A stretch of DNA of 64,000 nucleotides from Eledone cirrhosa (GCA_964016885.1 OZ024742.1:323144001-323208000), one strand, 5' to 3'; counted from the stretch's first letter, positions 11,895 to 24,700 are shown. Notes: generated from the letters alone by a model not told the origin. Numbers and translations: made by a program.

Positions 11895-12110
11895 ATAGTA
11901 TTACTGTTGAAAATATATAGTATAGTATTACTGTTGAAAATATATAGTACAGTACAGAATTACTGTTGAAAATATATAGTATAGTATTACTGTTGAAGAT
12001 ATATAGTATAATATTACTGTTGAAAACATATAGTACAGTATTACTGTTGAAAATATATAGTATAGTACAGTATTACTGTTGAAAATAGTATATAATACAG
12101 TAATAGTGTT
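11895..12110. repeat. Minisatellite, unit of about 27-32 bp (tattactgttgaaaatatatagtatag)
   Basis: About 7 tandem copies visible. Confidence 0.9.
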
Positions 12111-12138
12111 GCAAATATGTACAGTGTACATGAATATA

Positions 12139-12204
<66 letters not shown>

Positions 12205-12211
<7 letters not shown>

Positions 12212-12984
12212 AATTAGTATATCTACTAACATATATATATAGATGCATACCTATGCCAGCAAATATATAGGTTTTGTCTTAGTAACTTTGTGGTTCAATG
12301 CATGGGGATGCAGAACAATAATATGAAAGACGTAAAATAAGAAAATTATAAAAATTAACTTACTTACTAAAATTTCACTCCAACTAATTAGTTTCTGAAA
12401 GAAACGTACGGAGAAGCCTTTCGTCATCAGGGAAGTCTATTCTCAGCTAAGTTTCCAGGCAATGCGTGGACACAGGGAACTTATACAAAAATAATTCAGT
12501 GAATGGAAAAAAGCAAAGCGTGGACTAAGTTCCAAGCCATTGAAAAAATCACTGCCTACTGCGTCGGTGGTAAATTCAAAAGAATCAATCACGTGACATC
12601 GAGGTTAATCAGTGGGGAGTGTTTTGTTAAGAAGACAGCAGCCGAACCGTTACTATGAACTATAGTAGCAGTTTTGGCCAATTTTTGCTCGACAAAATAA
12701 TTTGGAGATAATTATAAAGAATTAGTATATCTACTAACATATATATATATAGATGCATACCTATGCCAGCAAATATATAGGTTTTGTCTTAGTAACTTTG
12801 TGGTTCAATGCATGGGGATGCAGAACAATAATATGAAAGACGTAAAATAAGAAAATTATAAAAATTAACTTACTTACTAAAATTTCACTCTTCGGAAACT
12901 ATGTTTATTGCCTTTCAGAAACTAATTAGTTGGAGTGAAATTTTAGTAAGTAAGTTAATTTTTATAATTTTCTTATTTTACGTC

Positions 12985-12992
<8 letters not shown>
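12205..12992 (-). mobile_element. Penelope-like pseudo-LTR element: partial tandem plus inverted copy, within (TA)n
   Basis: 12205-12380 is repeated directly at 12715-12890. 12911-12992 is an inverted copy of about 12322-12401. Contains a hammerhead fold. Confidence 0.75.
12377..12437 (-). ncRNA. Type I hammerhead ribozyme motif
   Basis: Minus strand: gacttcc CUGAUGA c gaaagg..tctttc a GAAA ctaattag UU ggagt. Palindromic stem III, short stem I. Confidence 0.65.
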
Positions 12993-13022
<30 letters not shown>

Positions 13023-13167
13023 ATATATATATATAATTAAAAGTTGGTTAGAAGCGAAGTCAATGCAGACAGGCAGACAGATATTATAAACGCGCGACGT
13101 TATAGCTATGTATCTATCTAAAAAGACAGAGTAAGAAAGAGAGAGGAATGTTGTATTATATATATTA

Positions 13168-14175
13168 CTAGCAGCAGTACCCAGCGTTGCCTGGGTAGGT
13201 AAAATAATATCTACTTTGATGAAAAGGTGTTGATCTTAGGGACTGCTTCTCGATGACTCATCTATGGCCACACACAGGCCATGCGGGGGAGGGTGGTGAT
13301 GACCTCTATCACTGAGAAACGCGGGTGATTGACGAAGGGGCATGCTGGGGGAAGGAGGTAATGACCTCTAACACTAAGCCAAATTTCCTCACGCTACTTG
13401 ATAGGAAACCGATGAATTCCCAAATACACAACTAAAAGCTCAGACGACGTCAGTGGCCATCGTTTTACCCTTGACCATCTATAAGATGTGCAATGATAGG
13501 TTCTATCGTAGTATAAAAGTTGAACCAAATAAATTGATTTATGTGTGAGGTGGAGCCGAAGTTTCGAATTTGAACGAAATTGGTTGAAAAATGTGGGAGC
13601 TAGAGCCGAAAAGGCGGAAATTTGAGCGAAAAGGTGGTATTTTCGAATATTTAAGCGGCTGCCACGCTGTTTCTGAACAAAAAATCTAAAATGTAAAGCC
13701 ACCATATGACGTGAAATAATCAGATATAGCGTAGTGTAAAATTTGAACAAAGTAGGTTGATTAATGTGGGAGCTAGAGCCGAAAAAGTGGAAATTTGAAT
13801 CTAAAAGTGGTATTCTTCGAATATTTAAGCGGCTGCCACGCCATCCCTGCACAACAAATGCAAAATATAAAGCCATTACAGGATGTACAATGATAAATTC
13901 TATTTTGCTTTAAAATTTGAATGAAATCGGTGGCAAAATGTGGGAGCTAGAGCCAAAAATCTTATTTTTCGATACCTAAAAAAAGGTGACCCCCTATCGA
14001 TTTTTATCTGCAGAATGACCCCGGAATAAAAAAAAAAAAACGATACGCTGATATATAGAAAACACTCCCCGATGACTAATCTATGAGCCTGTAAAGTTTC
14101 ATGAAAATCGGTCATAAGATGTAGGCCCCTATAGGTAATACACAGACACACACATACTTAATTTTATATAATAAA
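13168..14175 (-). mobile_element. Non-autonomous Helitron-like element with internal tandem repeats of about 180 bp
   Basis: CTAG at 13168 with hairpin tacccagcgttgcctgggta (13178-13197). The end resembles that at 10618. aatgtgggagctagagcc occurs three times within 13560-13960. Confidence 0.75.
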
Positions 14176-14570
14176 GTACCAGTAATGTAGTCAGCTTTAT
14201 TAATAATATAGATAGAGATTGACAATATACACAGAAATTTAATCTATGATACATTAAAAAAAAAGACGATATTATATATAAACTGCAAAATATATGAATG
14301 TTTATTTAAGCGTTCGCTAGCTGGAAGTGTTGACATTTGAAAATTTTAAAGAAGTGAATCTTTAGATAAACAAAACATCTTTAATCAATAATAACGAAAT
14401 TTAGTAGACAAAAATACCCTCACTTTCTTCCTTGGAAAAAGTTACATCTATGGTGTAAATTTGGTGTTGTTTGGTGCAGCCGTTTTGCCAAAAGTTTGTT
14501 ACATACATACGGTTGTCAGCTTTATTAATATATATATATATATATACACATATATATGTATATATATATG

Positions 14571-14671
14571 CAGGGTTTCCCCAAAAAATGTATACACACT
14601 TCAACAGCAATCTAATAAATATTGCCTGTACAGGTAATCATAGTGTGTATACATTTTGGGGAGACACCCTG
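14571..14671. mobile_element. Tc1/mariner-type MITE (101 bp)
   Basis: TIRs cagggtttccccaaaaaatgtatacacact and agtgtgtatacattttggggagacaccctg. TA on the right flank. Confidence 0.85.
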
Positions 14672-14692
14672 TATATATTTATTTATATTAAT

Positions 14693-15022
14693 GGAGGCAC
14701 ATGGCTTAGTGGTTAGAGCATTGCCCTTGCAATCGAAAGGTTGTGAGTTCAATTCTCAGACCGGGTGATGTGTTGTTTCCTTGAGCAAGACACTTTATTT
14801 CACATTGCTCCAGTTTACTCAGCTGTAGAAATGAGATGATAGGGACTGGGGTACCTATCATTCCACTGCAAAGTGGTCATGGAGGTGCCACAGCAAAAAA
14901 GCACCCAGCACTCACTGTAAATGAGGTTGGTGTTAGGAAGGGCATCCAGCTGTAGAAATCAAGCCAGAATCAGTTCCCATCCAACCCTTGCAAGCAGGGA
15001 AAAGTGGACGTAAAATGAAAAA
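14693..15022 (+). mobile_element. SINE family 1, full length
   Basis: Near-identical to 6146-6455, with complete tail gggaaaagtggacgtaaaatga. Confidence 0.9.
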
Positions 15023-15024
15023 AA

Positions 15025-15560
15025 ATGAAATTAAGGTTAAAAAATGAGTCTTGTTACTCTGGAGTTTTGCCTGTTTATCACAGGTCACCAGCCATCAACC
15101 ACATGCAGGAATTTTGTTTTCTTTCGTACTTCTATTTGAGCTGTTTGTTTTATCACATACACATCATACCAACAGAAAGATCTATTTTTCTCTTGCACAA
15201 TCGAGCTTTTTAAAACGGGACTCTCAATTAAATTGTACAAAACTATTTTGCTGGTTTGAGAGCTGATGAGGGTAAAGATGTGTGTGTGTAAACTTGTCTT
15301 CTACATCGCCTTTCTTTCTTTCCTTCTTCCAGTCACTTCTGTGCGCCAACACTTCTCCTTGTCCTCCTCCTCTTTCAATCTTTTCTATATTTTGTTTGCC
15401 TGTCAGCCACCTTGTGGATTGTCTCTCTGTTGACCACTGGCCATTGGTCTCTGTCCTCTGAGGCATTTTTGCCCAATGCTGTCTTCGACAGCATTTAGAT
15501 GTTTTAACGGCTCTTCTAGCAATGAGTTTTCTCATTTTTATATGTATTCAATATATATAT
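15025..15560 (+). mobile_element. Possible decayed Penelope-like 3' end
   Basis: Frameshifted peptide weakly like the GIY-YIG C-terminus at 38 kb, then ctgatga at about 15263. Terminal 15450-15560 recurs inverted at 54710-54815. Confidence 0.35.
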
Positions 15561-15779
15561 ATATATTTATTCATCTTCATACTACTATTGGGAATTGTAG
15601 TTTGTTGTTCTTATTGTCCTAAGATAGATAGATAACTTAAGATAGCAGCAATTGACCACTAATATGCTTGTCAACACTAGAGAGAAATATACCAAATTAC
15701 CATTTCCCTTTCAAAGTTAGCACCGAGTAGTTGTTACATGATCCTTGTATTTTCTTACAATGATATATGTATGTGTGTA

Positions 15780-16075
15780 TGTGAAGGTATGTGGCTTTTA
15801 GTGATTAGGCTATTCAGCTCATGGTCATAAAGTCCTGAGCTCTGTTCACAGTGGTGACCTAGATCAAGTCCGCTTAGGTGGAAAAAATGAGATGTACCCG
15901 TAATTCAAATATCCAGCCCTGTTCGACACCTTGCTGTGCTGTATCTCCCTGAGAAGTACACTAAGAGTACATGTATTTATGGAATACTCAGCCATTATCA
16001 TGTTAAATTTATGAGCAGGCTGTCCCCTTGATCAAACAACAGGAACATACTTCATGGATACCAATGGAGGTCCAA
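15780..16075 (+). mobile_element. Older tRNA-headed SINE (related copies at 19835-20100, 29205-29490, 39780-40060, 47275-47560, 48505-48810)
   Basis: Decayed A/B-box head like family 1 and shared body ctccctgagaa...tgcacattaatttcatgagcagg. Confidence 0.6.
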
Positions 16076-16319
16076 CTTTTATCTGACTCTGAGTGTGAAT
16101 GTGTGAATAAGCAAAATAATTTTAGGTGAAATTGCTGAGTCATCATCCTTTGATAATCTGACCTTTCAGAATTATACAGTAGGGGAGATAATTGGTTAAT
16201 TATGTTTTATCTGGAGATTCTCATGCTTTTGGGATTATAGACACGATATAGAGGTGTGGGTTATTCATATAATGCTCCTACATAGCTTGGATAGTAGAAA
16301 TATAGAAATAACTTTAGCT

Positions 16320-16640
16320 GATAGACATAACTTTTGGGTTAACCTTGGGTGCTAGACATGACCTTAGGTTAACCTTGGGTGGTAGATATAACCTTTAGGT
16401 TAACTTTGGGTGGTAGACATAACCATTGGGTTAACCTTGGGTGGTAGATATAACCTTAGGTTAACCTTTGGTGGTTAGACATGACCTGGGGTTAACCTTG
16501 GGTAGTAGATATGAATTTGGATTAACCTTGAAAGGTAGACAATCTTGGGCTAACCTTGGGTGGTAGACATAACCTTGAATAGATGGCTTCTTAATCTTAG
16601 GTGATATACTGAACATTGGCTGGTAGCCTTAACCTTGAGT
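16320..16640. repeat. Minisatellite, unit of about 30 bp (gggttaaccttgggtggtagacataacctt)
   Basis: About 10 degenerate tandem copies. Confidence 0.9.
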
Positions 16641-18419
16641 AATAGACTTAATCTTTGGTTGTAGACTTGAAGCAAAATCTCTTCACAGTTTCCTACGATG
16701 TTCATTTTTCTTTTTGTCCAGAATTGTTGTTGCTGCTTTGTCTGGGAAAAGCATCCCATTAGATCATTTACACTTTATCAAAGATAAGACTCTTTTCACC
16801 TCAGTCTGCTCTCATTTCTCGGCAGAGACATACATCACATAGAGTTGCTCTAGCAAGCAGAGAGATGTAGCGTTTAGCCAAAATCTCTAGCGCTCTTGAC
16901 AGGATTGGCACCTCGATAAAAGCTAGTTCAATGCATCGTGTCAGACTACTACACATTCATGCAAACCAACATAACAAATAATTCACTTGGTTCCTTGTTG
17001 TTTTCTTATATTGTCAACAATAGCTTCAACATTCAAGTTATTTTTGTAATAAAAATTATTATCGTAGCGATGTTTGTTATTGTTCATTGGATATTGTTAA
17101 TGGCAGCTTTACTTTCAACTACTGACTATGGCAACAAATACAGCCACATATCTCAACTCACAGAGACACACACTCTCAATTCATTGACCATAAATCACAA
17201 ACATTCTCACAGCACTTATATGGGAGAGAGCAATTCATGGAATCACCTATCAAGCCAAAAACATTTTTACTACATCTGCCATGCTAAAAAAAAACGTAAA
17301 CCCAAACCATCTCTTTTGCAACATCAAAAATATACATCTCTAAAGACTTTTTAATATCAAACCAACTAAAACCACTATATATATTTTAAAATAAATCTAT
17401 CCCTTTTAAATTGTTAATTTGTAGAGTTAAACTTTTTATCATAATTGTAAATAAGAAACATTTATTAAGTTATAAGGTTTTATTTTAAAAAATGCAAGTG
17501 TCTTTTGTGGTTATAAAAACGGAAAAGGAAGGGAAAGGCAATGGATCTAGGGTCACAGAAGAATGGGAGGAGGGAGAGGGGCGCATCAGTATTTGTTAAG
17601 TTATGTTTCAAACACCAGCTTAATAATAGAGGAGTTAGTTATTTGACTATTCTTGATTATTTTCAAAATTCATTGAGCCACATAGCCAGTATATTTCAAT
17701 AGAAATAAAACCTTGAAAGAATTTATATTTATTTAAAAACCTTCCATCTTCTGGTTCACAAGAAACTTAAGGGCTACACATAGAACAAACCTGAGATTCC
17801 AGCATCAAGCCATGCCTTCCTCTAAAACAGAGATGATACCCAAAGAAAAAGAAATGTATTTAGTAACATTGTTGATAGCCTAAATGTTGACAAAAATGTT
17901 ATTTTAGGGCTACATTTTAATATATAATTAAAACGAGATGCCCCAACACCCTATACTATGCAGCCCTGGGTGGCAGCCCACTTAGCCCATAAAGCAACTA
18001 GAGAATAATTAGGACCTCAAAAGTCATATTTCACAGATATACTTTGGTATATATTTTAATATATATTTTAATGTATATTTAAAATTTGACAGACACCTCC
18101 TGGTCTATGAGACCCTAGGCTACAGCCTCCTTATCCCATGTGTAAATTTGGTACTATCCATAGGTGACATATATTGACAACTACAAACTGTGTCATACTG
18201 TCTCAACTATCTCCTGAACATTTGTAGATTGTGTTTAACTAAATTGTTATCTATGGGCAGGCTGGCTACTTTCTTGTGTTGTCTGAGAACATGTAGGCTG
18301 TATTGCTATAGTGTTGTGTGGCTATGTCAGTATATCGTTATTTATGTCAATGAACAAATTGATAACTGTGAGAAGAATCAGCAGGTTACATAGAGATTCT
18401 AGTGTACTTTGGATAAGGA

Positions 18420-19035
18420 TTTCTACAATAGGCACAAGGTCAGCAATTTTGGGAGAGAGGGTAAGTAAATTAAATTGAGCCCAGTGCATTACTGGTACTT
18501 TATTTTATCGACCCCATAAGGTTGAAAAGCAAAGTTAATCTCGGCAGGATTTGAACTCAGAACGTAAAGGGCTGTAAAGCATATTGTCTGATGCTCTACC
18601 AATACTGCCGATAATGTTTTCTAATTTAGCTACAAGGTCACACACATTTAAAGAAAGGAAATAGTTGGTTATATCAATACCCACTATTTGACTAGTACCT
18701 AATTCATTGACCCTGGAAAGATGAGATGCAATATAAATCTTAGCAGGGATTTAAACCCAGAAGATGCAATAAATTACCAGCAAGTCCAATTTTTGCCCAA
18801 AACTTCATCCTGTAAATTCATTGTTTTTCATAATAACAACAGTTCCTAATTTAGGAACAATGCTAGCAATTTGGAGAGAAGAGGATGTTGATTAAATCAA
18901 CTTCAGTACTTAACTGGTACTTTATTTTATTAATTTTGGAAAGATGAAAGTTGACCTTGGGAGGATTTGAACGTAGAACGTAAAGAGTCAAAACAAATGC
19001 TGCAAATCATTTCAACCAACCTCCGAACAATTCTG
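18420..19035 (-). mobile_element. Cluster of three decayed Nin/Deu-domain SINEs (family 2)
   Basis: ctggtactttattttatcgacccc...gatttgaactcagaa repeated at 18490, 18690 and 18910. Confidence 0.65.
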
Positions 19036-20839
19036 CAAGGCAAAGCTAACGTCAGTGGGAATAATGATTTCTAACAGAGGGATATTTTAGGTTTTACTAG
19101 TCCTTAGGGACTGGGTAGTTATGTTTTACTAATAACAACTACTTCTTATATCAATGTCTAAAGTCTATCTATGCTTATTCAATCAATGACTGCAGTCTCT
19201 ATCTTCTTAACAAAACATCTAATCACAAGTTGTGTCTATTTAACTGATATCTAGAAGCTGTCCAGTACATACATGTCTTTCATGTTGATATCTAATGGTG
19301 TCAGTTACAAGTGGTGTAGGACACATCATCATATTTGGGACCATTAGTGTGATACTTAAAAGTTGTGGTGGTTTAGTCAAAATTTACAAGATGTAGTATG
19401 AACAGAGCCTACACTAGCATCCTCGGCTAGCTATAAAATATACACCCTCTTCTTCCAATTATATGTCCTGTTCTAAATAAAATAGTTTAATAAACTTAAA
19501 GCCTAGTTTTTAACATGTTATACTCTGGCCACACTAAATAAAAAATTACTAAGCCTGAATTTTCCAATACATAGTCCACACTCACCTATGCCAAATCATG
19601 TGACAGATCATAACACCATACAATCTTCTCCACCACTTTGGATATTTCCACAATGCTGCTATGCACCAAAGGTGTTTAGTGATTTATTTATTGATCACAA
19701 GAAATTATTAAATATTTAGTTATACAAATTTGTATATAATTGTAATTTTTTAAGGTTTAGTAAAGTGTCTCTCTGAGGTCTGTGCCCTAGGCAACAGCCT
19801 AGTTAATCTTAATGGTAGTGCCAGCCCTCAGTAGGAGGTCATGTGGCTTTGTGTTTAGGATGTTCAACTCATGATCATAAGGTAGTGATTTTGATTCCTG
19901 ATGCTGCATTGTGTCCTTCAGCACGACATTCAGCTGGCAAAAATTAGTTGCAGTCTTGTCATACATTTTGTCATACTGAATCTTCCTGAAAACTATGTCA
20001 AAGGTACATTTGTCTGGGGAAGGCTAAGTCACTTGCACATTAATTTCATGAGCAGGGTGTTCTTTTGTTTAAAGAACTGGATCACTCATCACTGGAACTG
20101 ACAACACACACACACACACTTATGTAACCACACACAAGGTGTAGTTATTTGTTGGGTATCAAAAGGATTAAAAGTGGTCAAGATCACATAGAGTAAAAAT
20201 ATGGTTTGTTCATATATTTCGCAATGCCAAAATTATATAGAAGACACCAAAGTTTGAGAGAACTCTCCATTTATGTCTAAGACATGATAACCTCTTTAGT
20301 GCTGGTGCCACAATAAAACACACCCACTACACTATGTAAAGTAATTGGTGATAGAAAGTACATCCAGCAGTTGAAAACTTGCCAAACAAAGGGTCTAAGA
20401 CATAACAACTTCTTTGGTTGTGGTGATATGATAAAATGCACCTAGTACACTTTGTGAAGTGTTGGGACATATGTAAGTGAGATCCAGACGCCTGGTCCAT
20501 CTGAACAGTCAGTAGCTCTGATTAAGAATTGACTTGGTCTGTGATGATGTCCGACTCATTCCCTCATGGAAGAAGGAACATTAAATAATGATGATGACTA
20601 TGAATGGGGGCTAACAGTGAAAGGTATAAATTGTCTTAACCAATCACCATCTGACTAAAGAAACTAATGGATTAATATTATCAGTAAATGATAAAACAAA
20701 ATGCTGTTGTTTTTCTGATTAGATATCAACTGTTTGTACATTAAACCCTAACCTTAAAGAATCTAGTGATATTACATATACAGACAGGCAGCGAATTGGC
20801 AAAGCTGCTAGGGTGTTAGCTAATTGTATTTATATCTAT

Positions 20840-21140
20840 GTAAAGTTATGTTGGTGCCGCGCCATCGAGGCCGAAACAAATGAGATCGTGTAGGTGTCAC
20901 GACAAAAAACACACAGTCCACGCTGTAATGTGGCCGTGTAGGCAACACGGTAAAAACCTCCCAGACCCACACTGTAAATGTGGTTGGTGTTAGGAAGGGC
21001 ATCCAACTGTAGAAAACCTGCCAGACAGTCCTATGCGAGCAAGACAATCACTCTTGCCTCAAGTGGGACTACCCCCGTCCAAACCCATGCAAGCGTGGAA
21101 CACGGACGTTAAACGTTGATGATGATGATGATGATGATGA
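20840..21140 (+). mobile_element. RTE subfamily B 3'UTR fragment
   Basis: Near-identical to 21985-22285. Confidence 0.85.
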
Positions 21141-21319
21141 TCAGGACTCTGGATACAAATCCCACCAAGGTCAACTTTGTCTTTCATCCTTACAGGGTCA
21201 ATAAATGAGTCCCAGTTCAATACTAGAGTTGATTCTTTATTTCCTTCTCTCTCTATTTATCTCTCTCTTTATATATATGTACACAATGTTTTGGTATCAA
21301 AACATATTTATTATGTATG

Positions 21320-22286
21320 ATGAAATAGTGGACAGCTTCCGTTACCTGGGTGACAAAATCAGCAGTGGGGGAGGGTGCTCTGAAAGTACAGTAGCTAGAG
21401 TCAGAACTGGATGGAAAAAGTTCAGAGAGCTTATACCACTATTAGCCGCTAAAGGGTTCTCCCTAAAAATGAAAGGCAGGTTGTATGATGCCTGCATACG
21501 AACAGCAATGTTGCATGGCAGTGAGACCTGGGCATTGTGTGCAGAGGATATACGCAGACTAGAGAGGAACGAAGCTTGCATGCTCCGCTGGATGTGTAAT
21601 AGTAATATACGTGAACGGCAAAGCATAAACGAACTAAGGAAAAAATTAGAAATAAGAGGGATCAGATGTTGTTTACTCGAGAGAAGGCTACATTGGTATG
21701 GACACGTGATGCGCATGAAAGACGATAGCTGTATAACAAAGTGCAGGGCAATAAAGATAGACGGTAGCCACGGAATAGGCAGACCTAGAAAAACCTGGGA
21801 TGAGCTGATAAACTCCGACCTCACACACTTACACCTCTCCAAGACAATGTCACTGGACCGAGACCTTTGGCGGTACTCAGTAATAGAGAAGACCCGCCTT
21901 ACCTAAATACATAGTAAAACCTACTACAGTCAGTAGGCATCTCTAACAAAATACACCCCCGCCCCATCCACACCGCCCCCTTCTATGTAAAGTTGTGTTA
22001 GTGCCACACCATCCAGGCCGAAACAAATGAGATCGTGTAGGTGTCACGACAAAAAAACACACAGTCCACGCTGTAATGTGGCCGTGTAGGCAACACGGTA
22101 AAAACCTCCCAGACCCACACTGTAAATGTGGTTGGTGTTAGGAAGGGCATCCAACTGTAGAAAACCTGCCAGACAGTCCTATGCGAGCAAGACAATCACT
22201 CTTGCCTCAAGTGGGAAAACCCCCCGTCCAAACCCATGCAAGCGTGGAACACGGACGTTAAACGTTGATGATGATGATGATGATGA
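21320..22286 (+). mobile_element. 5'-truncated RTE LINE (subfamily B): ORF C-terminus, 3'UTR and (GAT)n
   Basis: EIVDSFRYLGD...GWKKFRELIPLL...HGSETW...GRPRKTW, homologous to the C-terminus of the 6473 ORF. Confidence 0.92.
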
Positions 22287-22696
22287 CCATGTTTCTCATT
22301 AAATAAGCTCAATGGACCTTAGTTCAGAGCATCAATGATAATTTTAATTTAAAAGATATATATATATAGAAAGAGAAAAAGTCATATATCATTTGAGAAA
22401 CACATAGTATTTTGTATACATATATAATACAAATAATACTCAGGAAAAAAATACTTACGTCAAGGTGAAAAAGTTAAATCTTCCTTACTGTTTCATAGTA
22501 AAAAAAAAACAAGAGAAAAGCAAAATCGATCTAAGCAATCTACTATCAAATACCAATTATTGATTCTGGTAGGGCCAACAGAAGACAAGGAACTAATCAT
22601 CAGAGAAAATTGTCTTTACATATGTCTCACACTGTACAAAATATATTTGTATCTGAGAGGAGTGAATCTATCTACACCGTGTATATATATATATAT

Positions 22697-23445
22697 GCAT
22701 GCTCCGTTGGATGTGTAATAGTAATATACGTGAATGGCAAAGCATAAATGAACTAAGTGAGAAATTAGGAATAAGAGGGATCAGATGCTGTTTACTTGAG
22801 AGAAGAGTACGTTGGTATGGTCACGTGATGCGCATGAAAGATGACAGCTGTATAAAAAGTGCAAGGCGATCAAAATTGATGGAAGTTACGGAATAGGTAG
22901 ACCCAGAAAAACCTGGGACGATTTGATAAATTCCGACCTTATACACTTGCACCTCTATAAGACGATGTCATTGGACTGAGATCTTTGGCGCCACGCAGTA
23001 ATACAGAAGACCCCCATTGCCTATGTACAAAGCGAAACCTACAGTCAGTAGGCACTTCTTAACCAAATATACACCCCAATCCACTACCCCTACTCCATCC
23101 GCCCATTCCCACCAACACCACCCTCTCTCTCTCTCTGTAAAGTTGGTACCACAATCTCCAGTTCAAATAAATGAGATAATGAAATCGAGATCGTGTAGGT
23201 GTCACGACAAAAAAACACACAGTCCACGCTGTAATGTGGCCGTGTAGGTAACACGGTAAAAAGTTCCCAGTCCACACTGTAAATGTGGTTGGTGTTAGGA
23301 AGGGCATCCAGCTGTAGAAAACCTGCCAGATAGTCCTATATGAGCAAGACGCAGTCACCCGACCAACCTTGCCTCAAATTAGGACAACTCCCATTTAACC
23401 CATGCTAGTGTGGAAGATGGACGTTAAACGATGATGATGATGATC
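22697..23445 (+). mobile_element. 5'-truncated RTE LINE (subfamily B)
   Basis: MLRWMCNSNIRE...RWYGHVMRM, then 3'UTR and (GAT)n. Confidence 0.9.
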
Positions 23446-23600
23446 ATCATCATCATCATCATCGTTTAACGTCCATGTTCCACGCTTGCATGGGTTTGGA
23501 TGGGAGTTTTCCCACTTGAGGCAAGAGTGGTTGTCTTGCTCGCATAGGACTGTCTGGCGGGTTTTCTACAGCTGGATGCCCTTCCTAACACCAACCACAT
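23446..23600 (-). mobile_element. RTE subfamily B 3' end, antisense and tail-to-tail with the previous element
   Basis: (atc)n gtttaacgtccatgttccacgcttgcatgggtttgg is the reverse complement of the tail at 21075-21140. Confidence 0.85.
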
Positions 23601-23783
23601 ATATATAATATTAAGGATACTATTTATAGTTATGTATATTTTAAACTATAAACAGGGAAGGTCAGTAATTTATTACTACCTTATTACCAGTAAGATAAAT
23701 AGCTCAATGTAATAACATCAGTTGTTCTACAGAGCAGTTATATAGAATTCACAAGAATCAAAGCTATGTTCAAAGCATTTATT

Positions 23784-23830
23784 CACTTACAATTGTTTCA
23801 TCCAAACCTAGGCTTGGAGTCTTCGGAGCA
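23784..23830 (-). ncRNA. Hammerhead-like motif (left-arm copy)
   Basis: Reverse complement of 24701-24747. Confidence 0.55.
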
Positions 23831-24700
23831 TTTTTCAATGTTTGTACATATAATTGACTTCCTATCCAACGCAGGAGACATACAGATACATATATATATA
23901 TTGATGTACAGTGGAGTAACATATATTATAGTATACTATATTTGTACAGCAATTCAAATTTAAAATCAAAATCAAAATTAAAATTAAAATTAAAATACAT
24001 GCGGCAGATAACACAGATAATGTAAGGGGATAGTTTGATAATCAGATCTAGTAGATAGTGTATGCGTTAGTCACACATGGAGCATGCAAGTGTGTCTCAT
24101 TTATATACGATTATTGTGTGGCAAGGTGTTACATGTAATGCAAGCACTTTAAGTGGGTAAGCAAGAGTATTATGGTGGTTGTAGTGGTAGGGTATGTTTT
24201 GTATAGTTTTTACATGTAAAAACTATACCTTCGTTTTTCTGAATGTGAAAATGGTGGTGGATGCGAAAACTATAACTTTCTTTTTCTTTTTCTTTTTCTT
24301 TTTCTTTTTCTTTTTCTTTTTCTGCACACATACTTTTTTGATCTATACAAAAAATACCCTACCACTACAACCACCATAATACTCTTGCTTACCCGCTTAA
24401 AGTGCTTGCATTACATGTAACACCTTTCCACACAATAATCGTATATAAATGAGACACACTTGCATGCACCGTGGATGACTAACGCATACACTATCTACTA
24501 GATCTGATTATCAAACTATCCCCTTACATTATCTGTGTTATCTGCCGCATGTATTTTAATTTTGATTTTGATTTTGAATTGCTGTACAAATATAGTATAG
24601 TATAATATATGTTACTCCACTGTACATCAATATATATATATGTATCTGTATGTCTCCTGCGTTGGATAGGAAGTCAATTATATGTACAAACATTGAAAAA

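Noticed and set aside
11895-16640. Arrays of about 30-bp units (11895-12110, 16320-16640) as CRISPR
   Set aside because: Head-to-tail units without unique spacers, no cas genes, eukaryotic context.
21205-21906. 233-aa ORF with a hydrophobic N-terminus as a host membrane protein
   Set aside because: The N-terminus is SINE and low-complexity sequence fused by chance to a truncated RTE C-terminus.
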